NCBI RefSeq assembly: GCF_004010195.1
Contig: NC_057718.1
Coordinates: forward strand, 83,222,669 to 83,249,283
DNA: 26,615 nt
Direction: 5' to 3'
Source: Chiloscyllium plagiosum
Lineage: Eukaryota
Of this stretch, positions 23,822 to 26,615 are shown piece by piece; the stretch's first letter is position 1, and each line of letters opens with the position of its first letter. The translations under genes and the position numbers were made by a program. The notes beneath the pieces are model-generated. The model was not told the DNA's origin. It worked only from the letters and a program-made list of their open reading frames with translations, and searched no databases.

Positions 23822-24321
23822 NNNNNNNNNNNNNNNNNNNNNNNNNNNNNNNNNNNNNNNNNNNNNNNNNNNNNNNNNNNNNNNNNNNNNNNNNNNNNNN
23901 NNNNNNNNNNNNNNNNNNNNNNNNNNNNNNNNNNNNNNNNNNNNNNNNNNNNNNNNNNNNNNNNNNNNNNNNNNNNNNNNNNNNNNNNNNNNNNNNNNNN
24001 NNNNNNNNNNNNNNNNNNNNNNNNNNNNNNNNNNNNNNNNNNNNNNNNNNNNNNNNNNNNNNNNNNNNNNNNNNNNNNNNNNNNNNNNNNNNNNNNNNNN
24101 NNNNNNNNNNNNNNNNNNNNNNNNNNNNNNNNNNNNNNNNNNNNNNNNNNNNNNNNNNNNNNNNNNNNNNNNNNNNNNNNNNNNNNNNNNNNNNNNNNNN
24201 NNNNNNNNNNNNNNNNNNNNNNNNNNNNNNNNNNNNNNNNNNNNNNNNNNNNNNNNNNNNNNNNNNNNNNNNNNNNNNNNNNNNNNNNNNNNNNNNNNNN
24301 NNNNNNNNNNNNNNNNNNNNN

Positions 24322-24763
24322 TTAATCACTGCGTGCATTTTTAAACCTACACTGTCTTTATGTGGCTGACAGAAAACACACACACTTCTGTGTTCAGACT
24401 TGCTACTCACCACCGCAATATTGTTTTTGGCGGATCCATCCAGATATTTAGGTAATATTACTTGTTCCGCTCATCACTGTGTCTTCTGGTGATATTACTG
24501 GATAGTGTAATACTGTATTCTGTTTACCTGTTTCTGTGGATGAAGGAAAGGTACCTCGTTCTCCCAAACCAAGTTTGGTTCATCAAAGCGACCTAGACTC
24601 ATTACTGAGCCGTTCGAGACCATGCTGGCTGTCTGTGTAGCAATCCAGTCCTTTCTCCTGCCCTATCTCACTAACTCTGCAAAATGTTTGTTCCGTCAAG
24701 GGCACATCCGTTTTTCTTTCGAAATTATTGACGGCTCTGCTTCACCTCCCCTATAAAACACAG
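24322..24763 (-). repeat. Inverted copy of 13226-13665
   Basis: Reverse complement aligns over ~440 bp with about 6 substitutions and 2 one-base indels by eye; left end abuts the N gap, right end joins ERV integrase. Confidence 0.95.
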
Positions 24764-25273
24764 CTTGGCCTTGGTTGGTGTCCCATCCTAACGTTTATGG
24801 GTCTACCTGGGTTGCCCTGTGCACAAACTGTGCATCTGCGGCAGTATTTGGCTGTATCTCTTCCCATTCCCTTCCATCACCACTCTCTCCCTAGATTTGC
24901 TATCATTGCTTCCCTGCCTGTAGGTGAGAGCCCGTGGTGCAGTTCGAACAAGGTGCTACCACCTTGTCTGCTTGCCTCAAGACCCCATCCTCCCCTTTAA
25001 GAGCTCCCTACCTTTTCCATCTCTCTCTTTCTCTTCCTGCAGGGTGTCCTCCTATAGCTGCGATGTGAATGGCATCTTCTACTCGTTCAATTGTTATTGG
25101 AACTTCATCAATGGTTTCCTGCTCTAAGCCTCGTAGGGCTGCTTGGTCTGCAGCTTGGTCCCCTTTAAATTGCAACCAGCCAGGACTAGCTTTCCCCGGC
25201 TCCTTTTTTGCGCTTTGATTTTTATTATTGCAGCCTCTTCTGGCAGTTCGCTGGTGCTCAACAGTGCTTGGAT
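24764..25273 (-). pseudogene. pol: Retroviral pol relic: RNase H C-terminus, linker and integrase N-terminal Zn-binding domain
   Basis: Across frameshifts: IQALLSTSELPEEAAIIKIKAQK / KEPGKASPGWLQFKGDQAADQAALRG (RNase H IIKxKAH...GNxxAD-type end) and FELHHGLSPTGREAMIANLGREW*WKGMGRDTAKYCRRCTVCAQGNPGRPINVRMGHQPRP (HHCC domain, second His apparently mutated to Pro). Confidence 0.85.
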
Positions 25274-25274
25274 T

Positions 25275-26615
25275 CTTTTTGTTTTGTAAATATATGTATT
25301 TGCAAATTTTTTTAACTTTACAAACAGATAAAATTATTGAAAAATACAATAATAAAAACAAAAAAACCCCACAAATTACAATCCAAATACTGTCTACCAA
25401 CTACTAACTTACCCTATAATACAAACAAACCCTAACATTGTGCAAAGCAACACCAAAAAAAAGAAAGAAAAGCACCAAAAACAAATAAAAAACCACAAAA
25501 TACAGAACAGCTATGCTTGGCGCAAAGCTCCCAAACAAAGGAACAGGAGCATTGTATATAAACCCCTATTAACTCAGGAGACCCCCCCTCTAGGGCCCAG
25601 GGGTTGACAAATCTAACCAACCTGGTTAGACAAACGCCCTCGTTAGGATAACTGACAAAGCTATATCCAAATAACTCAAGTAGGGCTGCCATGTCTTATA
25701 AAAATGCTCTGTTGTGTGGTGCACCATGTTTGTGAAAGGTCGAAGGGAATGTGCTCCATAATTAATTTCTGCCATCCCAGCCAGCCCGGCGGGTTCTCAG
25801 ACATCCAATTCATCATAATATTCTTCCGTGCACAGTGTGCAAGAATATTAAATAGTTTCTTCCCATGCCTGTCTAAAGGTGGTAAATTTGGTAAGAAGAG
25901 AGATAAAGGGCCTACTTTGACTTCAATCCTCAATACGCTCCCTATCTCTCCCCCCACAGCGCTCCAATAAAAACGGAGCCTGTGGCATGTCCAGAAGCAA
26001 TGGGTAAGAGTACCTACACTTATTTTACATTTGGGGCATACTGAAGATGCCCCTTTTTTAAACTTCGCCAGACGGTCTGGTGCCAGATGAGCCCTGTGCA
26101 GAACTTTTAATTAGCGCATGTCCTATTACAGATTGAGATCTTTCAAGTATTCTCCCATATGTTCTCCCATGTTTCAGAAGAGATCTCCACTCCTAGCTCT
26201 TGCTCCCATACCTCACATAACCAGTTAATATCCTGCCAGGCCCTGCCACCCAGCAGGCGATAGAGGGCACTAACCGAAAGGTGCTTGTGGAACGTAGCAA
26301 CCACCTCTCTGTATCGGGCTTATAGGGCTTAGTGAGAAGCATAGTCTTCTTCTGGATGAAATCCCTAACCTGAAGAAAATGGAAAAGGTCTCTGCTGGGT
26401 AACCCGTATTTGCGGCTCAGTTGCTCTAAAGACATCATAACCTCCCCCTCAAACAAGTCTCCCAAACTAGAAACTCCTCTCGCTGCCCATAGTTTGAACC
26501 CTGAGTCCATCATCCCTGGTCTGAACCCTGACATGCCAACTATAGGTGTAAGTGGCGAAGTCTTGGATAAACAACCCTCTCTGTGACGCATCGCCCTCCA
26601 TGCCTTGACTGTACT
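25275..26615 (-). mobile_element. L1-clade LINE 3' end (ORF2 C-terminus, 3' UTR, A-rich tail) inserted into ERV pol
   Basis: FKLWAARGVSSLGDLFEGEVMMSLEQLSRKYGLPSRDLFHFLQVRDFI typical of fish-type L1 ORF2; CCHC knuckle CPKCKISVGTLTHCFWTC; C-terminus FYKTWQPYLSY...AFV* (stop 25626-25628); T-rich UTR; tail aaaacaaaaagaa abutting pol. Runs off the window. Confidence 0.85.

Noticed and set aside
23514..24413. Long ORFs of 299 aa and 209 aa
   Set aside because: They span the 500-N gap and join unrelated sequence; only 23514-23821 is env-derived.
25008..25400. 130-aa ORF with an N-terminal hydrophobic stretch, resembling a membrane protein
   Set aside because: Chance chimera: T-rich L1 3' UTR read into frameshifted ERV RNase H sequence; no ATG start.

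Overview
Repeat-dense vertebrate genomic DNA, most likely from a cartilaginous fish (shark), inferred from HE1-like V-SINE, SacSINE1-like DeuSINE and abundant CR1/HER1-type LINE relics; there are two N gaps (10511-10675, 23822-24321). The only recognisable host gene piece is the first coding exon of a CDKL1/CDKL4-family kinase on the minus strand (CDS 3373-3540; exon about 3373-3722, carrying a Kozak-perfect uORF). About 10 kb upstream is a CpG-rich patch with a palindromic RFX X-box (13891-13904), a plausible promoter for it. The right end holds a decayed endogenous retrovirus on the minus strand: pol RNase H/integrase-HHCC relic (24764-25273), env relic (22472-23821) with an ISD-like motif but CX6C rather than CX6CC, a polypurine tract and a complete 3' LTR (21764-22175). 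The ERV is interrupted by an L1 LINE, and its integrase is fused to a ~98% identical inverted copy of 13226-13665 (inversion breakpoint, inverted duplication or haplotype mosaic). The window also has a 5'-truncated Tx1-clade LINE, Penelope-type ends with minimal hammerhead-ribozyme motifs, and a family of short fold-back elements, two of them with 11-12 bp target-site duplications. Family names come from motif recognition only; no database search was run, and repeat boundaries are approximate.
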